Source of the DNA: Octopus sinensis
Lineage: Eukaryota
Assembly: GCF_006345805.1 (NCBI RefSeq)
Contig: NC_043000.1
Span: forward strand, 138,942,001 to 139,006,000
Direction: 5' to 3'
Length of the DNA: 64,000 nucleotides
In this document: positions 38,114-52,479 of the stretch, piece after piece
How the letters are laid out: each line of letters opens with the position of its first letter
How positions within the stretch are numbered: the first letter of the stretch is position 1
Translations under genes and position numbers: made by a program
Notes under the pieces: model-generated
What the model was told of the DNA's origin: nothing
The model's database searches: none
Seen by the model: only the letters and a program-made list of their open reading frames with translations

Positions 38114-38532
38114 GGGGCAGGAGTGGCTGTGTGGTAAGTAGCTTGTTTACCAACCACATGGTTCCGGGTTCAGTCCCACTGCGTGGCACCTTGGGCAAGT
38201 GTCTTCTACTATAGCCTCAGGCCAACCAAAGCCGCGTGAGTGGATTTTGTAGACGGAAACTGAAAGAAGCCTGTCGTATATATGTATATATATATATATA
38301 TATGCATGTGTGTGTGTGTGTTTGTGTATCTGTGTTTGTCCCCCTAGCATTGCTTGACAACCGATGCTGGTGTGTTTATGTCCCCATTACTTAGCGGTTC
38401 AGCAAAAGAGACCGATAGAATAAGTACTGGGCTTACAAAAGAATAAGTGCCGGGCTCGAGTTGCTCGATTAAAGGCGGTGCTCCAGCATGGCCGCAGTCA
38501 AATGACTGAAGCAAGTAAAAGAGTAAAGAGAG
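38114..38532 (+). mobile_element. SINE family A, full length
   Basis: A-box TGGCTGTGTGG, B-box GGTTCAGTCCC, CORE-like CCTTGGGCAAGT, central (TA)/(TG) tract, (AGTAAAAG)n tail. Confidence 0.9.
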
Positions 38533-39467
38533 AGTATACTTTTGAGGAGTGTTTAACCCAGCTTTTATTAATTTGAAAGACATTAATGATGAAAAAATGC
38601 TGTACTAATCATATAGTGAATTTCATATGGGGCAAATCCATCACTGTGCTCAATGCATCATCAATTGAAGCAGTTTATGAAAATATTACAGGAGTAAATA
38701 CAACCAAAATTTTATGAGGTGTACATTAGCCATTCAGAAAAATAGAATTACTAGACAGAGCAGATATTCTCCATGCCAGCAATAGACTGTATTAAACAAA
38801 AGAATATTGCATGCATCTGAGAGATAGAAAAGTAAACTTATTACCATGGGAGGAAAGCAAACAGAAAAAGAAGAGATCAGATTTCTTTGATTTGGCACAA
38901 AATGTTTATAGGAGAAGGTTGTTGTCTGTCTGATTGGCTAATTTTAATGATACTATATCAGGCAAAAGATAAATATCAATTTTGAAGAATTACTTAGGAA
39001 TACGGAAGTAAACATTTTAAGGCTTTAGTTTGACACTCTTATCATTTCTCTCAAGCCAGAATTAATAAAGAAATCATGAAATCAATAAATCTATCCATTA
39101 CTAAAGAAGCAAAACATTTTATAATTAATATTATAGTATTTTTCACACATCTCTTGAACACTTACAAACCGTTATACCATAACAAAATTTCATAAATTTA
39201 ACTACAGTTTAATAATTGAATAGTTAATTCAACCAAACCATATACATATATACTCTTGTGTATCAAGATGATAATAAATGAGACTTCAAATTACGCTAAG
39301 GTGACATTGCCTTTCATTCTTTTGGGGTCGATAAATTAAGTACCAATTGCATACTTGGGTCAATTTAATCGACTGCCCCCCCTCCCTAAAAATGTTGGGC
39401 CTTGTAACTGCAGTAGAAAAGTATAGTATATATAACTGAGTACTTTAGTTGGTATAGAGATTCAAGT

Positions 39468-39682
39468 CATCATCATTCATCATTTAGCGTCCGCTTTCCA
39501 TGCTGGCATGGGTTGGATGGTTCAACTGGGGTCTGGGAAGCCAGAAGGCTGCACCAAGCCTAGTATGATCTGGCAATGTTTCTACAGCTGGATGCCCTTC
39601 CTAACGCCAACCACTCCATGAGTGTAGTGGGTGCTTTTTACGTGCCACCAGCACGGAGGCCAGGCCAGGCTGGCAACGGCCA
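39468..39682 (-). mobile_element. RTE-type 3' end (family C)
   Basis: Same tail motif as 17262. Confidence 0.7.
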
Positions 39683-40644
39683 AAGTATTGCTTATAATTT
39701 CATTATGACTTTTTTCTTAATATTTGAAATAACTAAGACAGTAAATAATTACTGCTCTACTTTAGAAGTCTCATTTTATTATTTATAAACCATGAATTTG
39801 TAAAATGTTTTCTCCAGTACTTTATTGGAATAATGACAATATTAGAACCATTTAACTGGCCTGGTAACATAGGTTTAAAAATTGTTTGCAAAAGAAATTG
39901 TATGCATTTTTTTACAAATTTTAATTGATTATTGGTAACAATATTTTGAAAGAACTATTCCACTGGTTGCACAATCACTTTCAACAATAAATTGTACCAA
40001 TAGCTTGTTAAATAAGATGGAAGACATCTGGCTGAACAGGCATCAGTTCATATCCTCTTATTGTGAATCTGTTGCTTCTAAAGTCAATTTATCATCTGTT
40101 GTATACAGACACATTAAATGATAAATTATTTTACAAACATATGGTGTGTGAATACTATACACGATTCATAAAAGGGACATAAAAGAACCCTGATGTGTTA
40201 ATAGCAATGTAGTGGATTCTTTTAGCGTGAGACCTAATCTGCTATCAAGTAACATTAGCAGACTTCGTTCTGTATCAATAATTTGGATCATGTTTCTGAT
40301 CCTAGGATTAACCATGGTGCTTTTCTTCCTTTGATTAAGGTATACAATAATGTAAAGTTACAATTGACTGATATGATTGACAACTGTAAAGAATGGGTGC
40401 ATTGCATGATTAACTGTATTGTGTTAATTTCCATTGCTGATTTCTCTTATGGATCCTGAAAAGGCAGTGGAAAATACCAATAATTTATTTCATGTTTTAA
40501 CAAAGAAAATCTGGCAAATGCTCTTTTAACTAGATCCTCATAACTTAATGATCAACAGAGATACTTTTCACATGATTCTTCAATTACTTTGTGAAATGAT
40601 AAGGTAAGAATGGGGTAGAAGATATTTGGATATCTTCTACCCCA

Positions 40645-40875
40645 GGCAGCGAGCTGGTAGAAACGTTAGCATGCCGGGCGAAATGCCTAGCGGTATTTCG
40701 TTTGCCGCTACGTTCTGAGTTCAAATTCCCCCGAGGTCGACTTTGCCTTTCATCCTTTCGGGGTCGATAAATTAAGTACCAGTTATGCACTGGGGTCGAT
40801 CTAATTGACTTAATCTCTTTGTCTGTCCTTGTTTGTCCCGTCTATGTTTAGCCCCTTGTGGGCAATAAAGTAATA
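40645..40875 (+). mobile_element. SINE family B
   Basis: Full-length match. Confidence 0.85.
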
Positions 40876-41404
40876 AGAAGATATCCAAATCACAGTGCAC
40901 AAGGTCTAACTCAATGATGCACAACATGGCCCAGTTAGACAACTTATGGTTGATAAAAGTTATGAGCAAACTGTAACACATGGAACTTTTTGAACAGCAT
41001 GCCTAACAAAAAATTACTTTGAAAACTTTAGTCGAGTGGCTCATGAGGCCCACACTTTGAAAATGTTTGGCCATGCCTAGTGAATACTTAACTTTTGGTG
41101 GTTCATGGTGAGTTTTATAACCTTCTGAGTTACATAATGTAATTAAGAATAAATGTATATTTGGTGATCCACAAAGTTTTCCTTTTGAATTTTGTGGATC
41201 ACTGTCCCAAAAAGTTTGTGCATTATTGGTCTAAATGTTATTGTTATAAATGTTTCCTATTTTAGCGACCACAGCTGTGTAACGATTAAGATTAGAGCTT
41301 AGAAGTAAATATAAACTTTGAGACTTCAGACAGGATTTAGAAATTGCCAAATTGAAGACCATCCTAAGGTTACACAATCTATCTGCAATTAGAGCTTTTA
41401 TATA

Positions 41405-41515
<111 letters not shown>

Positions 41516-41881
41516 TAAAACTTTAGAATAGAAGAAAGATATTTCTTCAGACCAAATATTGATATGTTGTGAGACATTTAAACACATATATGGACCCATG
41601 TGCGTGTGAAGTGACTTGGAATTTTTTTTTTATGATAGGGGATTATAATAAAGATTAAGAACTATGTTTCAGAGATATAGAGACTATTATATAAAATATA
41701 AGTTCAAAGAGAGCTTTACATTTATACAAATGTGTGCGTACATAAGCTCACATAATTATATGCATTTCTGTGTGGGCGAGTATTTATAAGTTGCTCTTTT
41801 AAGATTATGGAGGTAGCATCATTGATTCAAAATAGAGAGCATTTTGTGTAAATCATGACTCTGGTGATGATGATGATGATG

Positions 41882-41926
<45 letters not shown>

Positions 41927-42178
41927 TAATAATAATAATAATTATAATAATTCCTTATATTTCTCTATGCTCAGAAGGACTTATGATTTTGGCTTGTCTA
42001 CATATTGAATATGAAGAAATCAGCTTCAGTGAATTCAGCTGGTTATCTAATCTGAAGAACCTGTGTAAGTATGTTATAAATGATCTTCTGAGTATTGACA
42101 AAGAAAATAACATATAAACATGTGTGTTTATACACACATGCATGCATACATACATGCAAATATATATATATATTATAT

Positions 42179-42298
<120 letters not shown>

Positions 42299-43647
42299 TG
42301 TATATATGTATGTATATGTAAGATAAATGAATAGAACAATGCCAGAAACGTTCTGCTCATAGTTGAGGGTTTCTTGGCACTGACCTAGATGGAGATTAAA
42401 AGAATTGTCATTCAGAAGAATTTATATTGTTGCAGTTAGTTTCTAAGTTATGTATTGTTGTCATTTTTATGTTTTTATTTCTTTCCTATTATTATTAATT
42501 TTTTAATTTTGTTTTCGCTTAGTTTTGTTTTATTCATGTTTCCGACATGAAATATTTTGAATGATTTGAAATATACAGATATAATAGAATGGATTTCTTC
42601 ATTGGACCAAAATACTCTTGAGCTGAGCAAAAGCTATTTAATGTCATCATTTCCATAATCTACTTGTCTGAATACACTAGGCAGTAGAGAGTTTAATGAA
42701 TTAAAAAAGAAATACTTTGGTTCACTACACAATAATATACATTGCAGCAATCTGGAAAGAATATTAGCTATTTTTTCTGAATGATGTTTCTGCACTCATT
42801 CTTTAAAATAGTTTTTACTTTGTTTTTTTTGTTTTGGAAATGTTTTTAGTTTTTATTTACATAATTGGTACATACATTCATAGAAGCTGATACTCACGTA
42901 TATTTTTACATGTGCATGAACAAACATAATACACACATTGGAACAACTTTGAGCATTTATGCAGATATGAAAAAAAAAATCAGATATATGCACTATATGT
43001 GCATAAATGCGCCCAGGTATTGGTACATACAAGTCCAGACACAGACACACACACACAACCACATACACACAACCACACACATACATACATGCATGGAAAC
43101 ACATATATATTCGTTTGTGTGTATATGTGTGTGTTTGAGCATGTATGTATCAATACTGAAAGCACTATGTACATACAAATGTTGATATATGTACTTGCAT
43201 ACTACTCGCAAAGGCTTAGCTATAATTTAAGCAAAAAATGTCAGACATATCCACATGAAATCGTGACTACGTTAGCCTTTATGTATAATGATTTCGTAGC
43301 TGAGTTTAGAAGTTAGTAAGGTGCCAGAGACCAATTACCAGTTGGAGTAGTATGCTCAGACAGCTACAAGAAAAAGAAATAAAAACATATATTATCAATA
43401 TCCCAGCTTTATAGACACTATTTACTATCAATATAAAATTCATTTTTTATTAACAGTTGCTGTGGTTGTTGAACTCCAGGTTAACCCTGTTTTCATAGAT
43501 CCCTAATGAAAACATTCCGGTCATTGCTGTCTCATATTCCAATGTTCTGCTACATTGTCAAAAGCATTCTTCCTTTTTTAAAGGCACTAAATTGTAATTT
43601 GTAGTAATTTGTCTACTATTTCTTGCAAGTGACTATACAAGAAGCTT

Positions 43648-44042
43648 AGGAGTGGCTGTGTGGTAAGTAGCTTGTTTACCAACCACATGGTTCCGGGTTC
43701 AGTCCCACTGTGTGGCACCTTGGGCAAGTGTCTTCTACTATAGCCTCAGGCCGATCAAAGCCTTGTGAGTGGATTTGGTAGACAGAAACTGAAAGAAGCC
43801 CGTTGTATATATGTATATATATATATGCGTGTGTGTGTTTGTGTGTCTGTGTTTGTCCCCGTAGCATTGCTTGACAACCAATGCTGGTGTGTTTATGTCC
43901 CCGTTACTTAGCGGTTTGGCAAAAGAGACCGATAGAATAAGTACTGGGCTTACAAAAGAATAAGTCCCGGGGTCGAGTTGCTCGATTAAAGGTGGTGCTC
44001 CAGCATGGCCGCAGTCAAATGACTGAAACAAGTAAAAGAGTA
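43648..44042 (+). mobile_element. SINE family A
   Basis: Near-identical to 38114-38532. Confidence 0.9.
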
Positions 44043-45176
44043 CTAGCTGAGGCACCTGGTAATACCCGGGAGTGGAGATATTCCTAGTACCCATTATGGT
44101 GCCTGATTTCTCTCAGATGAAAAAAATGAAATCAAGACATAGGACAGATAATAGAAGGCGTAAGAAAATTCATTCATGAAACTAATACAAATAAATACGT
44201 GTGGAATCAGAAAACGGCAATCATTTGGTCAGATGAGAGGAAAGTGGCAAATACATAATCAGTGGAAACATCAAGAAGGGAACTGTAAAAGGAGTGCTAT
44301 GAAAAAAAAAAGAACAAAAAAATTTGAAAAGTATACAAAAAACTATTTAGAGAAAAGAGATTTTATACTTACAAAAATGGCTGGAGTACAGAGGTGACAA
44401 CGTGGTGGTCATAAAAGTCGTAAGATGCTATGAGGAGGGAAAAAAAAGCATACAAAAATGACGATTTTCCTCATTTTTGGGTAAATTCTCCCGCAACCTG
44501 AGGGAAAATTTTATGTGCACATGCACTTAATTTGACGACTGTGTTTCATGGGTAAAGTTCCACTGATCGTGAGAATCAAATGTCGATTGCAATGGTTAGA
44601 AGTAAAAGTTTTAAGTGAAGGTGTAAAACAAGTACATGTGACATGTTTTAGCACACAACGTCGCAATGTTTACAATCGATAATTTTAAGTGTGCAGGTGT
44701 TAAGAGAATGCATGTTCCAGCAACCTGAGAAAGATGAAACAATTAATGAACATTTTAACCCCACAACAATTTAGACCAAATTTGTTAATCAGTTAATCAA
44801 AAATCCTATTACGTTTTTCTTGAGTGGCCTAGGTAAAATTTTATTTGTTTCAACCCATCATTAGTGCATATTCCATCTGTGCATAAAATTTCAAGAAAAT
44901 CGGTTGAAAACTTTAAAAGTTATGGCAGAAAATAACATTCATATGGGAATTTGCATTGAAATGTCCTACTGATTTTTGAAAAATCGATGCTGATTAAAAA
45001 TTTATCGATTTAAAAAAAAAATTCCAAGTGTGTAAGTAACTGCATGGGCATAAGCCCTACACACATGCCAGGTTTCATCAAGATCGGTTGGCCAGTTTTT
45101 GGAGTTAAAGTAACAAAATCACAAGCACGCACACAGCTACAAACAGACAGAAATTGCCATATATGTATATTATAGA
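44043..45176 (-). mobile_element. Non-autonomous Helitron, second family (about 1.1 kb)
   Basis: On -: A|TCTATAATATAC 5' end; CCAACCGATCTTGATGAAAC subterminal motif like the first family; 3' hairpin CCCGGGTATTACCAGG, then CTAG|T. Confidence 0.75.
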
Positions 45177-45697
45177 TTAGATGTAGATCAGTAGTAGGAT
45201 TAAAAACTGTTAAGCTTTGTGTTTTTTCTTTGTCACAAATGTTGAAACATATTCTTGTAGGGAGGTAATAATGCTATGATCACTGATCTGTCCATTTTAA
45301 GAAAGAGGATATTATTACAAGACTTAATGGAATCCACTAGATTATTGAAGTCTTTTAGGTAGCTGATTATATGACATATTTTGGAATATATATATAGAGA
45401 GAGAGTAAAGAGGAAAAATATTTAAATGTCAAAGAAAGATAAAATAATCTTATTGAAAAATACCATTACTTATGAAGCAATCTATTCCTGTTTAATCTAT
45501 GAAAACAGAAAAACTTTATCCAAATCACTCAATCAGATTTGGTTCTTTTCCAGCATTTATCAAATAGCATCTAGTTAAAAATATTTCAGAAGGAGGTGTA
45601 ATAAAAATCATGTTGACATGGAAAAACTATCGTTTAAAATGTTATATATTCCATCACAATCTTTCTTCACTCATTGCAGCTTTTATAACTAAGTATA

Positions 45698-46218
45698 CCG
45701 TAAATCTTCGAGTATAGTCCATCCTTGAGTATAATACACAGGGGATTTTTAGGGGGCTGTACCTCTGAAAAACCTAAACCTTGTGTATAATATGCACTCC
45801 TTCTCTAACTCGAGTCGTGCCTAATTAAGCCAGCAGCACCTAGTCGAACAAACACTTCTGCGCATGCGTAATACAATAATAGTGATGTTCTTAACTGTTA
45901 TATGGGAATGTAAATATGTTTGCAAATTGTTTTTGTTACATGTTATTCTGTGTTCTGAATACTTTTATTTTAATAAATTTTGCTTACTGCAAATTATGGA
46001 TGATTCTTTTAAGATTTCATTGTTTTCAGCTTTAGCTTAAGGTATTTCGTGCCCAACATCACAAAATGCGTCTGAATAAACATTGCCGGACAGCAAATAG
46101 AGACTCAGACATTGCTTAGAAAATATTTTTCATTTTTAACCTTGTATATAGTACGCACTAGGGATTTTGAACTTTAAATTTTGGGAAAAAAATGCGGATT
46201 ATACTCGAGGATTTACGG
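45698..46218. mobile_element. Tc1/mariner-superfamily MITE
   Basis: TIRs CCGTAAATCTTCGAGTATA / TATACTCGAGGATTTACGG; TA on both sides. Confidence 0.85.
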
Positions 46219-46508
46219 TAGATATGTAGTTGGAATTTGAATCTCCATAAACTTTGAACTCAGAATGCAAATAGCTGGAACCGATATCACAGAGCAGCTC
46301 ATCAACTGCTCTAATAATTCCATCAATCCACCAGAATGGACTGGAATTTTATTTAATAACTCCTTCCCCACCCCATAAAAAACAAAGAACAATATATTTT
46401 GGCAGAATTTGAAGTCAGAACAGTGAAGCAAATACTGCAAAACTGCAAAGCTTCTCAACCAATCTTCTAACAGCTTCACCAAATTTGACACATTATTATA
46501 TTATGTGA

Positions 46509-46840
46509 AGGCGCATGACTCAGTGGTTAGAGCGTCGAGCTTACGATCGTGAGGTTGTGAGCTCGAATCTCGGACTGGGCTGCGTGTTGTGTTCTTGAGC
46601 AAGGCACTTTATTTCACGTTGCTCCAGTTCACTCAGCTGTAGAAATGAGTTGCGACGTCACTGGTGCCAAGCTGTATCGACCTTTGTCTTTCCCTTGGAT
46701 AACACTGGTGGCGTGGAGAGGGGAGGCCAGTATGCATGGGCGACTGCTGGTCTTCCATAAACAACCTTGCCCAGACTTGTGTCTAGGAGGGTACCTTTCT
46801 AGGTGCAATCCCATGGTCATTCATGACCGAAGGGGGTCAC
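46509..46840 (+). mobile_element. tRNA-derived SINE (body Y plus tail 2)
   Basis: tRNA-like head GGCGCATGACTCAGTGG...TCGAATC; body shared with 56728-57045. Confidence 0.8.
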
Positions 46841-46896
46841 AATCACAATATATTATTGAGTGTATTTGTAATTGGTAAAAAATCATAAGATATTAA

Positions 46897-47118
46897 CCCT
46901 TTTGTTACTGTATTTATTTTGAAATGCTCTGTGTTTCTTTCAATCAATTTTAAATATAACAAAGAATTTAGTAAAATAACTTGGTTATCATTAAGCTAAT
47001 GTTAGGAACATAAATTGTGACTAAGATTTAGTGGAAGATTTTAATTCAAAACTTATGAAAACAAGACATTTGTACTACAGAGCCAGAGCCGGTTTCAGCC
47101 GGGTTGGTATCAAAAGGG
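46897..47118. mobile_element. piggyBac-type MITE
   Basis: TTAA-CCCTTTTG...CAAAAGGG-TTAA. Confidence 0.85.
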
Positions 47119-47353
47119 TTAAACAATTTAAATAATGTATTATATTTCTTTCTTAATGATTCAATGATTAAAAAATGTGTGGATTTGATATGCACTGATT
47201 TATGGAAATATTTTTTAAGCATAGACTTAAAAGTGTGGATTTCCAGCATACACTTTACAGGATATAGTAGAATAGTTTAATCTAAGGAAACTAACAGTTT
47301 TCTTTGTCTGCTAATACACTGGAATAAATTTAATGCTGTGTGGAAGAAAAAAG

Positions 47354-47386
47354 TCTAACATTTAGGGCAAAACCCTTCATCAGAAA
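47354..47386 (-). ncRNA. Decayed minimal hammerhead ribozyme
   Basis: On -: TTT-CTGATGA-a-GGG ttttg CCC-TAAA-tg-TT-AGA; GAAA is altered to TAAA. Confidence 0.45.
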
Positions 47387-49195
47387 GAGACGAAATATAT
47401 TTTGACATAGCAAAATAAAAACAATAATGAGAGAGGGTGAGTGGGGGAATACTATATCAATGATAAGAGGGTGAATGGGAACAGAGAAAAGCAAAAGAAG
47501 GGAAGAAAATGATGAAGCAACAAGTACTGGTAGAAGGGGCAGCAGTGAAAGCAAGGACAATATAAAGGGATTGCCAACAAATTTGAAATGAGTTTGCTCA
47601 TTCACTTTCAGACAGTCCATACATCAAAACATTGTTCTCACTATAACATACCTTTTCACCTCAGGCTGAAAAAATTCCACAAATATGAGTAAATAGTAAT
47701 AAATGTGGTAATCAGCAAAAAATTGAAATAGTTGTTAAATTTTATTCATTATAGTTTTACAATCAGCATCTTTCTCGTTGGTGTATTATTTTGGTCCAGG
47801 TTCTTTTAGTCCATGGGTTGAATGAGACATCATGAAGCATTTTTTGCCAACACATAATTGTTTTTTAATGAAGATATTTGTATTCCATTGGTCATTAGAC
47901 ATTGAAGTTACCAAGCTACAAGATACGTTGGTTACAAAAGATATATACTTAATGTCATCATTGCCACCCCCACACACATACAGACACACATACATACATA
48001 CATACATACATACATACATACATACATACATACATACATACAAACAAACAAATATATAATGTGTTTCACACACAAGGTATTGATCAACCTGATGCTATGA
48101 TATAAAACACTTACCCAAAGTGTCATGTAGTGGGACAGAACCTGAAATCAAGTATTTAGAAAGTTTACTTCATTACACACTGCCAAGCCTGCACTTTTTA
48201 TATTTGGCAATTTCTTCAACTTTTTATCTCTCAGTCTCTTTCATGTGTGAAATGATTACAAAATATCATTATCAGGGCATTTTTTTGTGTCTTTGTTTTT
48301 TTGTATCATTTATAACGCTGAAATATTTTTAAAAAAGAAGTTTATAATTTTAATGTCAATGTTTATTATTATGGGAAAATATTTCTGTAAACATATGCAA
48401 ATTTTTCAATGTACTAATCTAACAAATTAGTAAAATTTTGATGAATTTATTTTATAGCAAAACGTTGAAAAAATGTTTATGGAATTTATTTGTATCCAAA
48501 ACAGGATTGCAGGACTAACCTTATTGCTTTTTGTTAAACTGTCATATTCCATGGCATAAAATTCTTCAAGATTTTGCTACATTGAGTTGCTTAAAAATTT
48601 TCAATATTTTGTTGTTTGTTAAATTTTTACATTATCTAAAATCTTTCAACAATTTTTTTCATTTGCTAATTTACCAGGTTAAAGAAATAGCTAATTTAAT
48701 ATATATTTTCCTATAATAAATTCCATTAAAGTTCACCAGTTAAAAAAAAATAATAAATGATAGATGTTAAATTAAAGAAATTGCCAATTTGAGTATATAA
48801 TATGGCCATATTGAATAAAATTTGATTGGCTGGTGCAATGTGATAAATTGCCACATTTGTTAACATTTATTGCTCTCTGGTGGACTCTCTTCCACTTAGG
48901 ATGTAAAAGTATGATATGGCAGAAAAAATATGCTGATTTATTAATTGTGGGTGAAGGTACAAAAGTGTATGAGCCTGAGAGAAGGCGGTAACAACAAGAA
49001 AAACAACATACAGACATAGTCTTGTTCTTTCACATCATTGTTTCAAATTCAGCTGGAGTTGAATTAGCCTTTTCTTCTTTCCATATTTGATACAATTATC
49101 AAATATTTAACTGTAACTGATTCAGTCAATATTTTCATTGCTGAGATAAGCAGCTGTCGTAAATCTGAGCACAATAGTTCAGGAAACTTCAATAA

Positions 49196-49415
49196 AGGTG
49201 CAAGAGTGGCTGTGTGGTAAGTAGCTTGCTTACAAACCACATGGTTCTGGGTTCAGTCCCACTGCATGGCAACTTGGAAAAGTGTCTTCTACTATAGCCT
49301 CAGGCCGGCCAAAGCCTTGTTAGTGGATTTGGTAGACAGAAACTGAAAGAAGCCTGTTGTATATATGTGTATAAATATATATATATATATGTATGTGTGT
49401 CTGTGCTTGTCTCCC
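49196..49415 (+). mobile_element. SINE family A, 5' half
   Basis: Head and body match the family. Confidence 0.8.
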
Positions 49416-49856
49416 ATATAACTGCATCAACATATAACTGCATCAACATGGCTTCCAAGGATGAAATGTGGAACACACTCATTCTGAAATTTATTTGTAG
49501 CAATGTCAATCAAAAGTGTATAGGTGCTCTCCCTGGTGTTTTTTCTTTTGTGTTTGCTAGGCATCAAATTTGTGTGCACTAAATCTCATTATAGAAACAT
49601 ACATAGAAACGGTTTCATTGTCAACACATCAAATATGTAGAATTGACAAAACAATAGATTTAGATTACAAAGACAAACATGTTATGATTTATTATTCTAT
49701 ACTAGTCAGACTGTTCCTTTTCACATTAATGCCCAGTAAAATAACTACTGCTAGTTTGTTTTTGAATCTTACAAATAAAGAAGAGAGAGATAATGCCAAA
49801 AGTGATATATCTATAACCCACACAACTTCCTAATCTATTGCCAAGAATAGCTTGTA

Positions 49857-50140
49857 GAGGCACATGGCCTAGTGGTTAGAGCAGTGAACTCGCTGTCATG
49901 GGTTCAAATCTCAGACCGGGCAATGTTTGTGTTTATGAGCGAAAACACCTAAGCTCCACGCGGCTCCGGCAGGAGGTAATGGTGAACTTCTGCTGACTCT
50001 TTTGCCACAACTTTCTCTCACTCTTTCCTCCAGCATCTTGCAGCCCACATGTGATGGACTGGCGTCCCATCCAGGTGGGGAACCTATATGCCAAGGAAAC
50101 TGGCCCTTATGAGCCAGGCATGGCTCAAGAAGGAACAAGA
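49857..50140 (+). mobile_element. tRNA-derived SINE (body X plus tail 3)
   Basis: TGGCCTAGTGG / GGTTCAAATC boxes; body shared with 5245-5625; GATGGACTGGCGTCCCATCCAGG segment. Confidence 0.8.
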
Positions 50141-50787
50141 ATAGCTTTGCTGATAAATATTTTAATAGTGATGATCACAATATCTCAAAACATCTTCAGT
50201 GCTCTTGAGATTTTGGTTCCTCCAAATATGAAAATATTTCTAATGAGAAAAATGAGGAAGAAGTGAGAGTGACTGAAGAATTATTGGTGTCTCTACTGCC
50301 ACTGCAGACTAATATCATGAAAACTGAAGGAAATCAGCTAATTTTGATACAATATAAACCAAGGAAATTTGCTAAGGAGTTTAGTTTGTGAGAATTTGAG
50401 GGTGATTGGTTCAAAATTTTCCTTTGACTACCTGTGACATGTGTAACATTATTATCCTTGTAAAGTTTTCATGTATAACTTTTACTTTTGAAGAATGGAA
50501 GAAGAAAAACTCGCTCATGCTTGTCATCAGCAGATCTTGCTGAAGTAGATGTTGAGAAGATGTAAGGTATAAAATATCAATAAATCAAAATAAGCAAGTA
50601 GTGCAGAACCATGAGTATTTGAAAATTATCAAAAGTCTGTTGGTGCTTGTCCAACAAACATAACTCAATGGAGTCATGCAGAGGACTGTGATCACTTAGA
50701 TGTGGTTTCTGATATTAAGCATGGTAAAATTTTGAAACTTCTACATCTTTGTCTATAAGACTCATAGATAACTTCAGGTGGTATTAA

Positions 50788-51019
50788 GACGATGAGCTGG
50801 CAGAAACGTTAGCATGCCGGGCGAAATGCTTAGCAGTATTTCGGCTGCCATTACGTACTAAGTTCAAATTCCGCTGAGGTTGACTTTGCCTTTCATCCTT
50901 TTGGGGTTGATTAAATAAGTACCAGTTACGCACTGGTGTCAATGTAATCGACTTAATCTGTTTGTCTGTCCTTGTTTGTCCCCTCTGTGTTTAGCCCCTT
51001 GTGGGTAGTAAAGAAATAG
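50788..51019 (+). mobile_element. SINE family B
   Basis: Full-length match; GGTATT on both flanks. Confidence 0.85.
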
Positions 51020-51024
51020 GTATT

Positions 51025-51230
51025 GTTGAAGCTGTTGACAAGAATAATTTTCATGGTGTACAGCCTGTCTTTAATAAACTCACTGGTACCCTGACAAAAT
51101 ATATTTCTGATATATCATGTTCTACAGATTCCTTCAGCATTCTCAGATAAATGAAAACATATCTGAGGGTTACAATGGATTAAATGTGATTAAGCAGTGT
51201 GGCAATGCAAAATACTAAGTGAAATTACAC
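51025..51230 (+). pseudogene. hAT transposase C-terminal dimerisation domain remnant
   Basis: SFSILR*MKTYLRVTM...LSSVAM resembles the ERSFS.L.R.KTYLRSTM...RLS.LA motif. Confidence 0.6.
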
Positions 51231-52479
51231 CAAAGCATCTGGTGACAAATAATTGCTATTCTTGGAGTTAATAAAGGCAGAAAACATTATTTCTTTTAGG
51301 CTCCATAGTGTGTGAATTCTGCTAAATGAATATGGTTGATTGATAAAAAAAAAAACGATGAAACATTTATTGGAAATTAATTGTCTTTATCTGCAAAATT
51401 TCCAGCAAATCAGCACCTCTGCTCACCTTAACTAAATAGTCTTATATACCTATGAATACAACAATTGTTTTTTTTCTTCATTAGTTGAATGCATTGAATA
51501 TATCCAGAGGTTTGGGCCATTACAACCAATCTAATAAAAAAATTTTTCTCAATAGGTTGACATCTTTGCTAAAAAAAAAAAAAAGAAAATTGCAATACAA
51601 ATCTGTGCTTTAAATGATAAACATCTATTATATTTTTCGATAAGGAACAAATTCTCATTAACAAATCAAATGTCTATCATTCAGAAATTTTCTTCTGACG
51701 GCATTAAAAGAATTAATTAGTTTAAATTGGTGTCATTTTTATATCACAGATATGGTGTATTTTTATTTTGTTTCTAACATTAGTTTTGTTTTTAAATGAA
51801 ATGTTTCTATTTTCTCTGAGGCTCTATTTAGGTGAATGCCTTACAATTAACTGGATTTTAATGATTGCATATGCTTAACAAAAGATTTCAACTTCAAGTA
51901 GGCTGCTTTTTCAAAGACAATAGGAAATAGCTTTTACCAACTTCTAAGTCTACATTCAAAGAATATTTCAAGTGGATATTACTTCTTGTGAAAAGTGTAT
52001 GACAAATAACCTATCTAGCCTTAGCATTTTATTTAAAAGCATGCACATGCTTTTCTTTAACAACACAAATCTTTTCACAGTCAATATGATGAGAAGTCTC
52101 TTCTGAATTTTATATTATTCTCTCTTCCATTCCTCATCGCTTTATATCGAAAAACAATTTTCTTTTGAATTTTGTTAATTACACACATGGTGAAGTTTTT
52201 TTTTATGGCTATATTTTTCTTTTTTGTTGGTGTATTTTTTTATAAAACTGCCATTTCCTATGGTGCCACTTATGCTTGTAGGTTCTTGACATTTTATAAC
52301 CTACAGAAGTTGAGCTGAAATGACTGAATTGAAGCCAGCTTTTGAAATGATCCAATAAACTTCATGCTTAGTTAAATCTAATTCTAATTGTTATTATAGA
52401 GGTGAAAATACTTATAGTAAACATTCTGATAAACAGATGCTAGTAAAGTATTAGTGCCTCGTTCAAGTCTTATTATAGG

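Noticed and set aside
46509-46582. tRNA gene (also the heads at 49857 and about 56975-57045)
   Set aside because: The acceptor stem does not close and the sequence continues into a SINE body.
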